Shown here: positions 9,859 to 19,244 of the stretch, one piece after another | How positions within the stretch are numbered: the stretch's first letter is position 1 | Layout of the letters: each line of letters opens with the position of its first letter | Source of the DNA: a virus | Reading direction: 5' to 3' (one strand) | Length of the DNA stretch: 64,000 nt | IMG/VR virus record: IMGVR_UViG_3300042888_001055 | Translations under genes and position numbers: made by a program | The notes under the pieces: generated by a model | The model's input: the letters and a program-made list of their open reading frames with translations, nothing else | What the model was told of the DNA's origin: nothing | Databases searched by the model: none

Positions 9859-12800
9859 ATGGCAACAACACCCCCAATGATCGGTGGAGCTGATCCGTCT
9901 GTATTAAGATCATTAGAAACACAAAAACCCTCAGTAGCAAGAACAAGTCCCCCTACAGTTTCTGCTAGTACAGGTTCAGCAACCTCAGGTGGAACGGCAA
10001 TAGCTAGAAGTATTGCTCCACAAGTGTCTGGTGACACAATAACCTATAATCAAGCTACACAAACAGTTTCAGGAGCATCATTAACTATTACATCAGCAAC
10101 TAATAATGAACCAGCCGATGTTGTAACTGTATTTAATAGCAATAAAGCTATCTCTGTTAGTGCAGTTAATCAAACAGTAAATTCATATAACGTTAACACC
10201 TATTCAGGAAATGAATATACCAACGATGACGTTGCTAACTTTTTACCAACATTTACAGGTACAGTAGGTGCCGGCAATGTAACTGTTACGGGTACTGTAT
10301 ACACTAGTGGTATAAGTTCTGCTGGATTAGCATCATTAACCATATTAAATGTTTCTACTATAGCTAATCTTGGTGCTGTGAGTAATTTAATAATTACAGG
10401 TGGTACAGGTGGACAATATTTACAAACAGACGGAACTGGTAATTTAAGTTGGGCAGCCGGGGGCGGTGGAGGAAACGGATCACCCGGCGGTGCTAACACC
10501 CAAGTTCAATTTAATGATGCCGGTGCTTTTGGTGGTAACTCTGCATTTACTTTCAACAAAACGACCGGTGCATTAGCAGTTACTGGTAATGGCACATTTG
10601 GTAACGTGAGTGCAACTACATTTACAGGTGCGTTAACAGGTGCGGCAACAAGTGCAACTACTGCAGGTACAGTAACAACAGCCGCACAAGGTAATATCAC
10701 AAGTGTTGGTACATTAACATCCTTGAATTCTAGTGGTACTGTTACTGCACCGGCATTTACTGCTAATACAGGTGTATTTACCGGTAACGCTAGTGGATTA
10801 AGTTCATTGGTTGGTGCTAATGTATCTGGTTTTGTACCTAATGCCAATGTTGCTAATACGGCTTTTGCAGTAGCATTAGCTAATGTATCCGGAGTAGGAA
10901 ATATTGCTTCAATTAATTTAGATGGTAATTTAAGTAACATATTATATGGTAATGGTGTCTTTGCATCGGCTCCGGCTGGTGGAGGTTATGGTAACAGTAA
11001 TGTCGCAACATTCTTAGCAAGTTATGGCAGTAATACAATGACTACAACTGGTAATGTATCAGTTGGTAATATAATTGGTAATGGACAAGCATTAACTGGC
11101 TTAGCTGGTGCTAATGTAACAGGGCAAGTAACTTATGCCGCTACAGCTAACGCAGTGGCCGGTGCTAATGTATCTGGTGCTGTCACATACGCAACAACTG
11201 CTAATAGCGTAGCAGTAGCAAACGTATCAGGTATTGGTAATATCTCTACCATTAACTTAAATGGCAATTCATCACAAATATTATATGGTAATGGTGTATT
11301 TGCGGCCGCATCTGTTGCTGTCTCATATGGTGATAGTAATGTAGCAACATTTTTAGCCTCATACGGCAGTAATACTATTACTACTACAGGAAATGTAAGT
11401 GTTGGTAATATCATAGGTAATGGACAAGCATTGACCGGCATTGCCGGCGGTAATGTGTCTGGTGCAGTATCATTTGCTACCACAGCGAATGCCGTAGCCG
11501 GTGCTAATGTGTCTGGTGCAGTATCATTTGCTACCACAGCGAATGCCGTAGCCGGTGCTAATGTAAGTGGCACTGTGGCTTCAGCAACATCTGCCGCATC
11601 AGCAAACGCAGTGGCAGGTGCTAATGTATCAGGTGCAGTATCATTTGCTACCACAGCAAATGCCGTAGCCGGTGCTAATGTATCAGGTGCAGTATCATTT
11701 GCCGCAACGGCTAACAGTGTTGCAGTAGCTAATGTAAGTGGTATTGGTAATATTGCTACAATAAACAAAGACGGTAACGCAAGCAATATTCTTTACGGTA
11801 ATGGTGTCTTTGCATCGGCTCCAGCCGGCGGTGTGTACGGTGATAGTAATGTTGTAACATTATTGGCTAGTTATGGTAGCAATACTATTACTACAACCGG
11901 TAATGTATCCGTTGGTAATATCATAGGTAATGGACAAGCATTGACTGGCTTAGCTGGTGGTAATGTGTCAGGGCAAGTAGGTAACGCATTAGTATCAGGT
12001 ACAGTGTACACAAATGCACAACCTAATATTACTAGTGTTGGTACACTAACAAGTCTATCTGTTACAGGTAATGCAAATGTTGGTAACTTAGGTACTGCAA
12101 CTGCAATTATTACTACCGGTAACATTACTACTATCAATAGCGGTTTGTTACAGAATGGTAACTCAAACATCACTATTACTAGTAACGGTAACATCTCTTT
12201 GTCAGCAGTAGGTGCACCAAATGAAGTAGTAATTACTTCAACTGGCGTAAATGTAGCAGGAACATTAAGTGTTACTGGTAATGTGACTGGCGGCAACATC
12301 AGCACTGGCATCATCACACTCACAAACGGTGCAGTAATAAAAGATACTGTTGATGATGCTGTGGCATTTGGTCAAGGTGCTGGTAATACATCACAAGGTG
12401 CCGGTTCAATAGCCATTGGGTTTGCAGCTGGGAACACCGCGCAAGGTGGATATTCTGTAGGCGTTGGTCGAGAAGCTGGTTCAAATGCTCAAGGTGGTCT
12501 ATCAGTTGCCATTGGATTCACTGCTGGTTATACTTCACAGGGCACTTATGCACTAGCTATTGGTGCAAGTACTGGTTATAATACTCAAGGTACTCAAGCA
12601 GTAGCTATTGGTGCAAGTGCAGGTTACGCTAATCAAGGTGCTTCAGCAGTGGCTGTTGGTTTTGCTGCTGGTGGTACCAACCAAGCTAGCAACTCAATCA
12701 TATTAAATGCTACTGGCACTGAGCTAAATCAAACTACAGCCAATACATTCACAGTAGCACCAGTTCGCAATGATGTAGCTAATATTGCTCAAGTAATGTT

Positions 12801-13245
12801 CTACAATACTACTAGCAAAGAAGTTACATATGGTAACACAATAAGTGTTGCCGGTAATGTGATTGGTGGCAACATCTCAACTACCGGTAACATCTCAGGT
12901 AACACAAACGGTTTTACTATCGGTTATTTGAATGTCCCTCAAATTTCGGCAGCTAATGCTACACTTGCATTAACTGATGCAGGTAAACATTACTACTCAA
13001 CTACCGCTGGTAACTTGACATTGACTATTCCAACTAACGCTAGCGTGGCATTTGCTACTGGTACAGCAATTAGTATTGTTGTTCAGGCGGCAGGTAATGT
13101 GTTAGTTAATGCAACATCGGGTGTAACGTTGTATATGGGAGGCAACGCAACCGCTGGTAACAGAGTTGTGGGTACTTATGGTATGGCTACACTAATGAAG
13201 GTGGCAAGTGATACTTGGTTCATTAGCGGTGCAGGAGTAGCATAA
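9859..13245 (+). CDS. Long tail fibre/adhesin with YadA-head-like repeats
   Basis: 1128 aa; GANVSG repeats; Q-G-x-x-S/A-V/I-A-I-G repeats near C-terminus. Confidence 0.78.
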   Translation: MATTPPMIGGADPSVLRSLETQKPSVARTSPPTVSASTGSATSGGTAIARSIAPQVSGDTITYNQATQTVSGASLTITSATNNEPADVVTVFNSNKAISVSAVNQTVNSYNVNTYSGNEYTNDDVANFLPTFTGTVGAGNVTVTGTVYTSGISSAGLASLTILNVSTIANLGAVSNLIITGGTGGQYLQTDGTGNLSWAAGGGGGNGSPGGANTQVQFNDAGAFGGNSAFTFNKTTGALAVTGNGTFGNVSATTFTGALTGAATSATTAGTVTTAAQGNITSVGTLTSLNSSGTVTAPAFTANTGVFTGNASGLSSLVGANVSGFVPNANVANTAFAVALANVSGVGNIASINLDGNLSNILYGNGVFASAPAGGGYGNSNVATFLASYGSNTMTTTGNVSVGNIIGNGQALTGLAGANVTGQVTYAATANAVAGANVSGAVTYATTANSVAVANVSGIGNISTINLNGNSSQILYGNGVFAAASVAVSYGDSNVATFLASYGSNTITTTGNVSVGNIIGNGQALTGIAGGNVSGAVSFATTANAVAGANVSGAVSFATTANAVAGANVSGTVASATSAASANAVAGANVSGAVSFATTANAVAGANVSGAVSFAATANSVAVANVSGIGNIATINKDGNASNILYGNGVFASAPAGGVYGDSNVVTLLASYGSNTITTTGNVSVGNIIGNGQALTGLAGGNVSGQVGNALVSGTVYTNAQPNITSVGTLTSLSVTGNANVGNLGTATAIITTGNITTINSGLLQNGNSNITITSNGNISLSAVGAPNEVVITSTGVNVAGTLSVTGNVTGGNISTGIITLTNGAVIKDTVDDAVAFGQGAGNTSQGAGSIAIGFAAGNTAQGGYSVGVGREAGSNAQGGLSVAIGFTAGYTSQGTYALAIGASTGYNTQGTQAVAIGASAGYANQGASAVAVGFAAGGTNQASNSIILNATGTELNQTTANTFTVAPVRNDVANIAQVMFYNTTSKEVTYGNTISVAGNVIGGNISTTGNISGNTNGFTIGYLNVPQISAANATLALTDAGKHYYSTTAGNLTLTIPTNASVAFATGTAISIVVQAAGNVLVNATSGVTLYMGGNATAGNRVVGTYGMATLMKVASDTWFISGAGVA
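11450..11710 (+). repeat. 54-bp tandem coding repeats (VSGAVSFATTANAVAGAN)
   Basis: Near-identical nucleotide copies. Confidence 0.8.
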
Positions 13246-14093
13246 TGGGTGGTATGGTAGCTCTAATAATAGGTACGAACGGGGCCGCTGCAAATCCAGC
13301 TCCAGGTCCATCTCCAGCTCCAGCTGGTCAACAAGCCTATACAACAGCCGGGACATATTCTTGGGTTGCCCCTGCAGGTGTAACTTCTGTATCTGTAGTT
13401 TGTATCGGCGGCGGAGGGGGCGCAGTAGCTGTAAATAATGCTTTTCAATGGGGCGCGGGCGGTGCTTTAGCTTACGCTAATAATATTACAGTTGCTCCCG
13501 GAAATTCTTATACGGTTGTTGTCGGTGCAGTAGGCGTGTCATTCGGTGGCGCAAACGGCGGAGACAGTAGTTTTAATTCTACAAGTTGTATGGCGGGTGG
13601 AGGAGCTACTGGTTCAGTTATAGGAACTGCCGCGGCCGGCGGAGTAGTTATTTATGGCACTGGCGGGGCAGGTGGGGCAAGTGGTACGGTTATACTTGGT
13701 TCAGTTTCAAGAGCAGGTGGCGGCGGTGCTGGTGGATATTCAGGTGCTGGCGGTGCTGGTGGAAATGCAGGAGCTTCTGGAGCTTCTGGTGCTGGTGGTG
13801 GCGCTGGTGGTGGTGGCGGGTATCCTGGAAGTGGAAGTACAAACGGCGCTTCAGGTGGAGGCACAGGAATATTTGGAGAAGCCTCAAGTGGTACTGGTGG
13901 TGCTCCCGGAGTAAATGGTAATCCCGGCAGTAATGGAACTATTGGTGCTAGCCTTCTAGTTGGTGGCAATTATGGCGGTGGTGGTGTTGGCTCTTCTTTT
14001 GGAACAGACGGAGGAGGTGCAGTACGTATCATTTGGGCTGGCACTTCTGGCATTACCAGAGCCTTCCCTTCAACAAACACAGGTGATTTATAA
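13245..14093 (+). CDS. Glycine-rich virion protein
   Basis: TTAGTYSWVAPAGVTSVSVVCIGGGGG ... GAVRIIW..RAFPSTNTGDL. Confidence 0.75.
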   Translation: MGGMVALIIGTNGAAANPAPGPSPAPAGQQAYTTAGTYSWVAPAGVTSVSVVCIGGGGGAVAVNNAFQWGAGGALAYANNITVAPGNSYTVVVGAVGVSFGGANGGDSSFNSTSCMAGGGATGSVIGTAAAGGVVIYGTGGAGGASGTVILGSVSRAGGGGAGGYSGAGGAGGNAGASGASGAGGGAGGGGGYPGSGSTNGASGGGTGIFGEASSGTGGAPGVNGNPGSNGTIGASLLVGGNYGGGGVGSSFGTDGGGAVRIIWAGTSGITRAFPSTNTGDL

Positions 14094-14095
14094 TT

Positions 14096-14121
14096 AAAAA
14101 AGCCCCAATAGGGGCTTTTTT
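14096..14121. terminator. Bidirectional intrinsic terminator
   Basis: AAAAAAGCCCC-AATA-GGGGCTTTTTT between convergent genes. Confidence 0.9.
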
Positions 14122-14332
14122 ATTTCATCTTCTCTAGCATATAGTTTGTGAATTTACTTTCACACATTGCTGGAATCTCAACAAACGGATCCTCTAAAAA
14201 GAAAGGACACCCTGTTTTCCATTTACCATGTTTCTTAAAGAATTTAAATTCTAGCAAATCTTTTCTATCTGCAGGATTAAATTCTCTACGAGGGTTAAAC
14301 GAGCGACGGAATGTAGATAGATTTAAGTTCAT
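14120..14332 (-). CDS. Hypothetical protein
   Basis: 70-aa ORF. Confidence 0.65.
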   Translation of the reverse strand: MNLNLSTFRRSFNPRREFNPADRKDLLEFKFFKKHGKWKTGCPFFLEDPFVEIPAMCESKFTNYMLEKMK

Positions 14333-14338
14333 AGTATA

Positions 14339-14352
14339 AGGGCCGAAGCCCT
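14339..14352 (-). terminator. cUUCGg hairpin (terminator or stabiliser)
   Basis: AGGGC-TTCG-GCCCT just after 14358..14747. Confidence 0.6.
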
Positions 14353-14357
14353 ATTAA

Positions 14358-14747
14358 TTAGAGTGGAGCGTCTTCAACTGCCGCAAGAATATCTTCTGCG
14401 GACACTTTTGCTTTTTTAGCACGTGCTTTGATAACATCAATACTAGGCTTTGTTTTAGAAGCTTTTACTTTAACTTCACCTTTACTTGCTTCTTTAGTTT
14501 TATCTTCAAGTGTATCAGCAATAGTTGCCTGATCACTTGCACTAGCAAACTCAGATAGAGTAGCAAGATATTTTAATGCTTCTACTTTTGTCATTTCTGA
14601 AGGTAGTTCAACAAATTCCACACGACTAGCACCACCTTTAGTGAATTGCTTGATACGACGGACCATGTCATCGGTGAAACGAACTTTAGCGTTACCATTG
14701 TGAATAGTAATACCAGCGACTTTGAAAGTTTGATTAGAATTAGCCAT
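14358..14747 (-). CDS. Hypothetical Lys/Ala-rich protein
   Basis: 129 aa, SD AAGGA, own promoter. Confidence 0.75.
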   Translation of the reverse strand: MANSNQTFKVAGITIHNGNAKVRFTDDMVRRIKQFTKGGASRVEFVELPSEMTKVEALKYLATLSEFASASDQATIADTLEDKTKEASKGEVKVKASKTKPSIDVIKARAKKAKVSAEDILAAVEDAPL

Positions 14748-14807
14748 ATGTTTCCTTTAATTAAAAGCTAAGTTAAAAATGTACTGATATCACTCAGCAC
14801 TGTTATA

Positions 14808-14836
14808 ATGATAACACAATAGCCATTTATTGTCAA
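14808..14836 (-). promoter_or_regulatory. Early sigma70-type promoter
   Basis: TTGACAATAAATGG...TATCAT, 17-nt spacer. Confidence 0.75.
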
Positions 14837-14856
14837 CCATTGTGTTACCCATTATT

Positions 14857-15330
14857 TTACAAGTTGTGGGTAGCACCATACAACTTTACAAACTCCTCAG
14901 GAGTTTGCGTTTTAGAATACAAGTCATAAGCCAAATTCAGAATAGTTTGCTTGGCTTTTTCAAGGTCCTGTTTAACCTTGCCTCGTTTAGCACGATATCC
15001 CTTTTCTAGTTTCTCGCCATAGTGCTTCATATTGCCACGATGGTCAGTCCATTCTAAATTAGAGACATTGTTGTTGTTTTTAACACCATCAATATGATTG
15101 ACAATGTTTTTATTTTTAGGCTTTCTCAAATATGTTTCTGCCACTAGCCGATGAATAGTAGTATTATGTATACCACCATCAACTGATGACAGTTTAACCC
15201 GTTCATATCCCTGAAAGACATTCGGCTTAAGTTTGGTAGGTGCTCCTCGCTTAGTAGAATACAGTTCTCCGGTTTCTGTGATATGATAGTCTTTAAAACC
15301 CTTGATTGGTTTCATTTTAATTTTAACCAT
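14857..15330 (-). CDS. NUMOD4/HNH homing endonuclease
   Basis: IHRLVAETY...VNHIDGVKNNNNVSNLEW. Confidence 0.88.
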   Translation of the reverse strand: MVKIKMKPIKGFKDYHITETGELYSTKRGAPTKLKPNVFQGYERVKLSSVDGGIHNTTIHRLVAETYLRKPKNKNIVNHIDGVKNNNNVSNLEWTDHRGNMKHYGEKLEKGYRAKRGKVKQDLEKAKQTILNLAYDLYSKTQTPEEFVKLYGATHNL

Positions 15331-15333
15331 AAT

Positions 15334-15750
15334 TTATTTCTCCAAAATGTAAGATTTATTCCATTTACCAATATTAACGTCAACATAGTATGCTGTATTA
15401 AAATAGTCTGTCATTGCGTCTGATTCGTCAAACCAATCGGCCGCTTTTAATGCTACAAAAGCCTCGGTTAAGAATTCCTTAGCAACACCATCGTAGTGAT
15501 CCTGAAACCAATATTGATTTACCTGATCGTAACCATTTGTGTTGGGTTTGAAACCTCGTTGTACCTGATAAAAATCATTGCCACAGACCTTGTTGCTATT
15601 TCCAATAAAGTCAATAACACCCGATTTGAGGGTCAACGAAATGGTCATGTGATTACGGACACTCAGTGAGCCCTTAACCTTGTACTTAGCCAAGATTGGC
15701 TTGAGTGCTTGAGCAATTTTTTGTTTGCGTTCCTGATTCATGTAAGCCAT
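15334..15750 (-). CDS. Conserved hypothetical phage protein
   Basis: DESDAMTDYFNTAYY motif; SD AAGGA. Confidence 0.75.
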   Translation of the reverse strand: MAYMNQERKQKIAQALKPILAKYKVKGSLSVRNHMTISLTLKSGVIDFIGNSNKVCGNDFYQVQRGFKPNTNGYDQVNQYWFQDHYDGVAKEFLTEAFVALKAADWFDESDAMTDYFNTAYYVDVNIGKWNKSYILEK

Positions 15751-15782
15751 TTTGTTTCCTTTTCTTTACTGTTTAAGATTCT

Positions 15783-15811
15783 ATTATAGCACCAAATCCA
15801 TTTAATGTCAA
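15783..15811 (-). promoter_or_regulatory. Early sigma70-type promoter
   Basis: TTGACATTAAATGG...TATAAT, 17-nt spacer. Confidence 0.85.
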
Positions 15812-15812
15812 A

Positions 15813-15944
15813 TTATTGTTCCATTGGGTCACCGAGAAAATACTCAGTGACGTAGGTGACAACAATATTTTTGCCAGAATGAATCTTTAAGTACTCACCT
15901 AGTGCTTCTACATTACGAAATAAATAGCCATTTGCTTTGTACAT
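15813..15944 (-). CDS. Small hypothetical protein (43 aa)
   Basis: MYKANGYLFRNVEALG...; SD AAGGA; own promoter. Confidence 0.6.
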   Translation of the reverse strand: MYKANGYLFRNVEALGEYLKIHSGKNIVVTYVTEYFLGDPMEQ

Positions 15945-15976
15945 TTCTAGTCCTTTATTTAACTGTCTAAGTATCT

Positions 15977-16005
15977 ATTGTAGCAGAAAGACCATTTATT
16001 GTCAA
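15977..16005 (-). promoter_or_regulatory. Early sigma70-type promoter
   Basis: TTGACAATAAATGG...TACAAT. Confidence 0.8.
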
Positions 16006-16007
16006 AT

Positions 16008-16169
16008 TTAGGAGTTTACTGTTTTGAACGGGCTAAACACTTCCCTATTCTTAACGGAATCGGACACGTCATAGACCCAAGTTACAGGCACATCTAGTAC
16101 AGCGGAGATGGTAGCAGGATGTGTACCTTTCTCCAACATTTCCATGATATCAATTTCTAAATCACTCAT
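16008..16169 (-). CDS. Small hypothetical protein (53 aa, HTH-like)
   Basis: MSDLEIDIMEMLEKGTHPATISAVLDVPVTWV. Confidence 0.6.
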   Translation of the reverse strand: MSDLEIDIMEMLEKGTHPATISAVLDVPVTWVYDVSDSVKNREVFSPFKTVNS

Positions 16170-16339
16170 TTTGCTTTCCTAATATTAAATAAACCACCCA
16201 AAATCACTATAGCTAACCAGGACTCTAATGAGTACTTAATAGCTAAGATTGGGAACAACACATTCAATGACCAAATAGTCAATAACGGGCCAATTGCTAC
16301 GAGGGCAATGACAATCACAATTCCTACAAAATAACTCAT
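16166..16339 (-). CDS. Small membrane protein (57 aa)
   Basis: MSYFVGIVIVIALVAIGPLLTIWSLN...; ATGA overlaps both sides. Confidence 0.6.
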   Translation of the reverse strand: MSYFVGIVIVIALVAIGPLLTIWSLNVLFPILAIKYSLESWLAIVILGGLFNIRKAK

Positions 16340-16623
16340 ACAACCTCCAACATGTTAGCGGGCACTCTCCAAACACTATTAATGAATGAACCTGGCTTTG
16401 AGGAATCAACAATAATAAACTTACGATTGATTTTCTTTACAACACCAGAGATTGTACCACGGGTTGAACTAGTAAATTTCACATTGGATCCTATTGTCAA
16501 TGCCGATTTGTTTCGTACCACTAGTTGGGCACGGGCAAAACGAATAGCATCATTAATGCTGTTCAATTCTTCATTAGTAAGATCACCCTGCATGATAGCA
16601 GTATTAATTTGCTTGATGTTCAT
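16336..16623 (-). CDS. Hypothetical protein (SH3/KOW-like C-terminus)
   Basis: GVVKKINRK...WRVPANMLE; SD AAGGAG. Confidence 0.75.
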   Translation of the reverse strand: MNIKQINTAIMQGDLTNEELNSINDAIRFARAQLVVRNKSALTIGSNVKFTSSTRGTISGVVKKINRKFIIVDSSKPGSFINSVWRVPANMLEVV

Positions 16624-16652
16624 AAGAACTCCTTTTGACTGAATAAGACTCT

Positions 16653-16681
16653 ATTATAGACCCAAAACCATTTATTGTCAA
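16653..16681 (-). promoter_or_regulatory. Early sigma70-type promoter
   Basis: TTGACAATAAATGG...TATAAT. Confidence 0.85.
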
Positions 16682-16685
16682 GTTT

Positions 16686-16925
16686 TTATTGTTTGATGTT
16701 TTTAATTGAATTTTCCATGTCTTCCAGATGCTTGCGATACTGGATACGGCCAAGATTGATGGTGTACATCACATAAGCCAACATAGCAATACAGAATGTA
16801 ATTCCAATGTAAGGTACTGCTGACACTGGAATGAGTGTAAGCAAATAGATAGTTGCGGATCCGGCGATTGCGGCGAGTGCCAATTCTTTTGCGGTCTGTG
16901 CGACTGCTTCAGTTTTTTCTGACAT
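16686..16925 (-). CDS. Hypothetical membrane protein
   Basis: 79 aa, two TM segments. Confidence 0.7.
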   Translation of the reverse strand: MSEKTEAVAQTAKELALAAIAGSATIYLLTLIPVSAVPYIGITFCIAMLAYVMYTINLGRIQYRKHLEDMENSIKNIKQ

Positions 16926-16957
16926 ATTGAGTTTCCTTTCTAAGTTTCAATATAAGT

Positions 16958-16986
16958 ATTGTAACACCGAAACGATTTATTGTCAA
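16958..16986 (-). promoter_or_regulatory. Early sigma70-type promoter
   Basis: TTGACAATAAATCG...TACAAT. Confidence 0.8.
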
Positions 16987-17141
16987 ATTTCGGTGCTGTT
17001 TGGATGCTTGGGTTTACGAACGTACATACCTTTTTTGGATAATACGACCTTAGGTTTGAACGGAGTGTTGCTAGAAAACAACACTTTATGAGCCCGATGT
17101 TTGGGCTGTTCAATAGTGAATGATAAGATTTTTCGTTTCAT
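16983..17141 (-). CDS. ArfA-like (alternative ribosome-rescue factor-like) small basic protein, 52 aa
   Basis: MKRKILSFTIEQPKHRAHKVLFSSNTPFKPKVVLSKKGMYVRKPKHPNSTEI; F-x-x-K-V...KKG-x-Y-x-RK-x-KH resembles ArfA core; not in ORF track. Confidence 0.55.
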   Translation of the reverse strand: MKRKILSFTIEQPKHRAHKVLFSSNTPFKPKVVLSKKGMYVRKPKHPNSTEI

Positions 17142-17148
17142 AATACGT

Positions 17149-17178
17149 ATTATAGCATAGGAAACGTATTTATGTCAA
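17149..17178 (-). promoter_or_regulatory. sigma70-type promoter (predicts leaderless mRNA)
   Basis: TTGACA-18nt-TATAAT, ATG 7 nt after the -10 box. Confidence 0.7.
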
Positions 17179-17552
17179 CTTTTGGCAGTTGTATCCTGGT
17201 TCAAGCACCCAAATACAACGACGGGGACAGTGCCAAAAGGTGGGGGTAACAGTACAGTAATAGCAAACCAAGGATTGATTCCGGCATCATTACAACGCCT
17301 AATTGTAGTTGCAATCCATAACCAACATGATAATACACTACCTACACATAATATTGCTAATGAAATAATCCATCCAAGTAGTCCTATTACTACAATAGTG
17401 AAGGGTAAACTTAGTACAAATATCATGAAAGCCAATGAACTAGTAAGACCTAGTAGGACCCAACTAATTAAATATACACCCCAATATTCGCTACGAGTAC
17501 TAGTACCTGTAAAGGCAAAGTATTTTTTATATTGTTCTAATTTGTTTATCAC
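17175..17552 (-). CDS. DUF805 (YhaH-like) membrane protein
   Basis: FTGTSTRSEYW...IRRCNDAG. Confidence 0.8.
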   Translation of the reverse strand: MINKLEQYKKYFAFTGTSTRSEYWGVYLISWVLLGLTSSLAFMIFVLSLPFTIVVIGLLGWIISLAILCVGSVLSCWLWIATTIRRCNDAGINPWFAITVLLPPPFGTVPVVVFGCLNQDTTAKS

Positions 17553-17836
17553 GTTAACATCCTTATTAATCCTACACTATCAATTGTTACAAGTAGCAAG
17601 TAGTTAGCCAACATCCCAAAAGATTTCCTAGTAAAACTAGCCCAAGCATAGAGACCACAGCCGATGATCCAAATAGGGTACAAAGCAAGTAAAGGCGGAT
17701 TGGGGACTGTGAAAGCCATGGTAATCGAACAGCCAATTGAAATGCCCCAAGCAAGCAACTCAATGCCAAACCTAAAAGGATGAGTACGGTAATCATCTTT
17801 GATCCAATTAAAAATTCCATAAAAAATATCGTTCAT
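17549..17836 (-). CDS. Hypothetical membrane protein
   Basis: 95 aa, three TM segments. Confidence 0.7.
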   Translation of the reverse strand: MNDIFYGIFNWIKDDYRTHPFRFGIELLAWGISIGCSITMAFTVPNPPLLALYPIWIIGCGLYAWASFTRKSFGMLANYLLLVTIDSVGLIRMLT

Positions 17837-17881
17837 GTATCTATTATAGCACGGTGAACGCTATCATACAAGACATTTTGG

Positions 17882-18178
17882 TCACTGGGTGCAAGTTCGT
17901 TCTCTGTATATTTTACCATCAGATGTGTGAACTTCTTTCCAATCTGTACATGTTTGTGCTTGTACAGTTTGTTGCTGAACAATTATCGGTTGTTGTTGAA
18001 CAATAACTTGTTGACGGCCCAATTCATAACTAATTGCTCCTACTACTACAGGGGCTACCCACCAACCCATACTTGGACCACGATGATGGCCATGATGGCG
18101 GAAACCATGCCCGTGATGTTGTGCCATTGCTGTACCAGTCAATGCTAAAAGCGATAATGCTACTAGAATTTTTTTCAT
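17882..18178 (-). CDS. Exported His/Gln-rich protein
   Basis: Signal peptide MKKILVALSLLALTGTAMA; SD AGGAG. Confidence 0.7.
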   Translation of the reverse strand: MKKILVALSLLALTGTAMAQHHGHGFRHHGHHRGPSMGWWVAPVVVGAISYELGRQQVIVQQQPIIVQQQTVQAQTCTDWKEVHTSDGKIYRERTCTQ

Positions 18179-18205
18179 AACTATCTCCTATACTTATATA
18201 ACGTT

Positions 18206-18370
18206 TTACTCAAGTGTTCCGTTGACTTTATGTTTGTCAATAACCTCTTGTAGAATACTCTCTATCATCTTATTTAGTGTGATATCACGTTTGTGTGCTT
18301 GCATAGCTAACTGATAGATTTCATGTTCATCTAAGTTCAATTCAATTTCAACTCTGTTATCTTCTGTCAT
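18206..18370 (-). CDS. Small ribbon-helix-helix-like protein (54 aa)
   Basis: LAMQAHKRDITLNKMIESIL; ATGA-coupled. Confidence 0.6.
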   Translation of the reverse strand: MTEDNRVEIELNLDEHEIYQLAMQAHKRDITLNKMIESILQEVIDKHKVNGTLE

Positions 18371-18564
18371 TTCTTTTCTCCGTTTTGTTTAAGTAATGGT
18401 TCAATATTATTCTCATAAATTTGAAGCATGGTGTTATACAATCCCTTACGTTCTTCTGGTGTCATTCCTGCACACCATGATGGACTATTTGGATCTTTAT
18501 TTAAATCATAATCCTGTCTATATGCATAGCACATCTCAGTTATGATTTCTTCTTTACTTTTCAT
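18367..18564 (-). CDS. Hypothetical protein
   Basis: 65-aa ORF. Confidence 0.65.
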   Translation of the reverse strand: MKSKEEIITEMCYAYRQDYDLNKDPNSPSWCAGMTPEERKGLYNTMLQIYENNIEPLLKQNGEKK

Positions 18565-18672
18565 ATTTTTCTATTCTATATTGACTGAAGGGATACTTTT
18601 CTTGTAACCATTCAATCATACCTTCTTCGTAGGGTAAAAAGACCGTACGAGCTTTATTAGTTATATAAAGTA

Positions 18673-18909
18673 TCATTTGATTTTAACATTCATTTTTTTC
18701 AAAATAGTTTCAGCATAAGTACCGCCACCTTGCTTATATACATCTTTAACTTCTTTGGCACATTCACGCACTACCAATTCATAAAACTTGTCTAGTTCTT
18801 TATCATAGGAACTAGACCAATCAATATTACCTTTACCCGGACCATGTGGTTCATTAGCCCAAGTAACAAAGCCGGCCTCTTTGGCAAGGTCTTTAATCTT
18901 TTTATTCAT
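18673..18909 (-). CDS. Hypothetical protein (MN.KI..LA...ELVVREC family)
   Basis: Paralog of 19469 and 19681 ORFs. Confidence 0.7.
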   Translation of the reverse strand: MNKKIKDLAKEAGFVTWANEPHGPGKGNIDWSSSYDKELDKFYELVVRECAKEVKDVYKQGGGTYAETILKKMNVKIK

Positions 18910-18934
18910 TAATCAGTCCTCAATAATACATTAC

Positions 18935-19243
18935 TTATGCCGTAAACCAATCTATATCTTCTTTTGCTTCAACCGATTCGGCTCCATCATACTCATTGAT
19001 TTTAAACTCAATGCCTTCAGGTACCCAAGCAACTTCTAAGTCCATCAGACCACCATCGTATATTTCAGGATACTTCAATGCCACATATGTTCGTAGTTCA
19101 TCAAATTTTTCGTCCAATACAAATTGTGCTATGGCAGGTTCAAAAATAAGTTCAGGCATTGTAGGGTTCCAAGTGGACCATCCTGCACCAAATCCCGGGC
19201 TGTATAATACAGCAACCATTCCATCTCTAACCAATTTGTTCAT
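18935..19243 (-). CDS. Conserved hypothetical phage protein
   Basis: VAVLYSPGFGAGWSTWN...EYDGAESV. Confidence 0.75.
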   Translation of the reverse strand: MNKLVRDGMVAVLYSPGFGAGWSTWNPTMPELIFEPAIAQFVLDEKFDELRTYVALKYPEIYDGGLMDLEVAWVPEGIEFKINEYDGAESVEAKEDIDWFTA

Positions 19244-19244
19244 T

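Noticed and set aside
7100-11710. Tandem repeats as possible CRISPR array or DGR target
   Set aside because: In-frame coding repeats with no spacers; no cas or reverse transcriptase gene in the window
5930-13969. Many minus-strand and alternate-frame ORFs over fibre and Gly-rich genes
   Set aside because: Shadow frames caused by repetitive GGT/ACT/AAT codon usage
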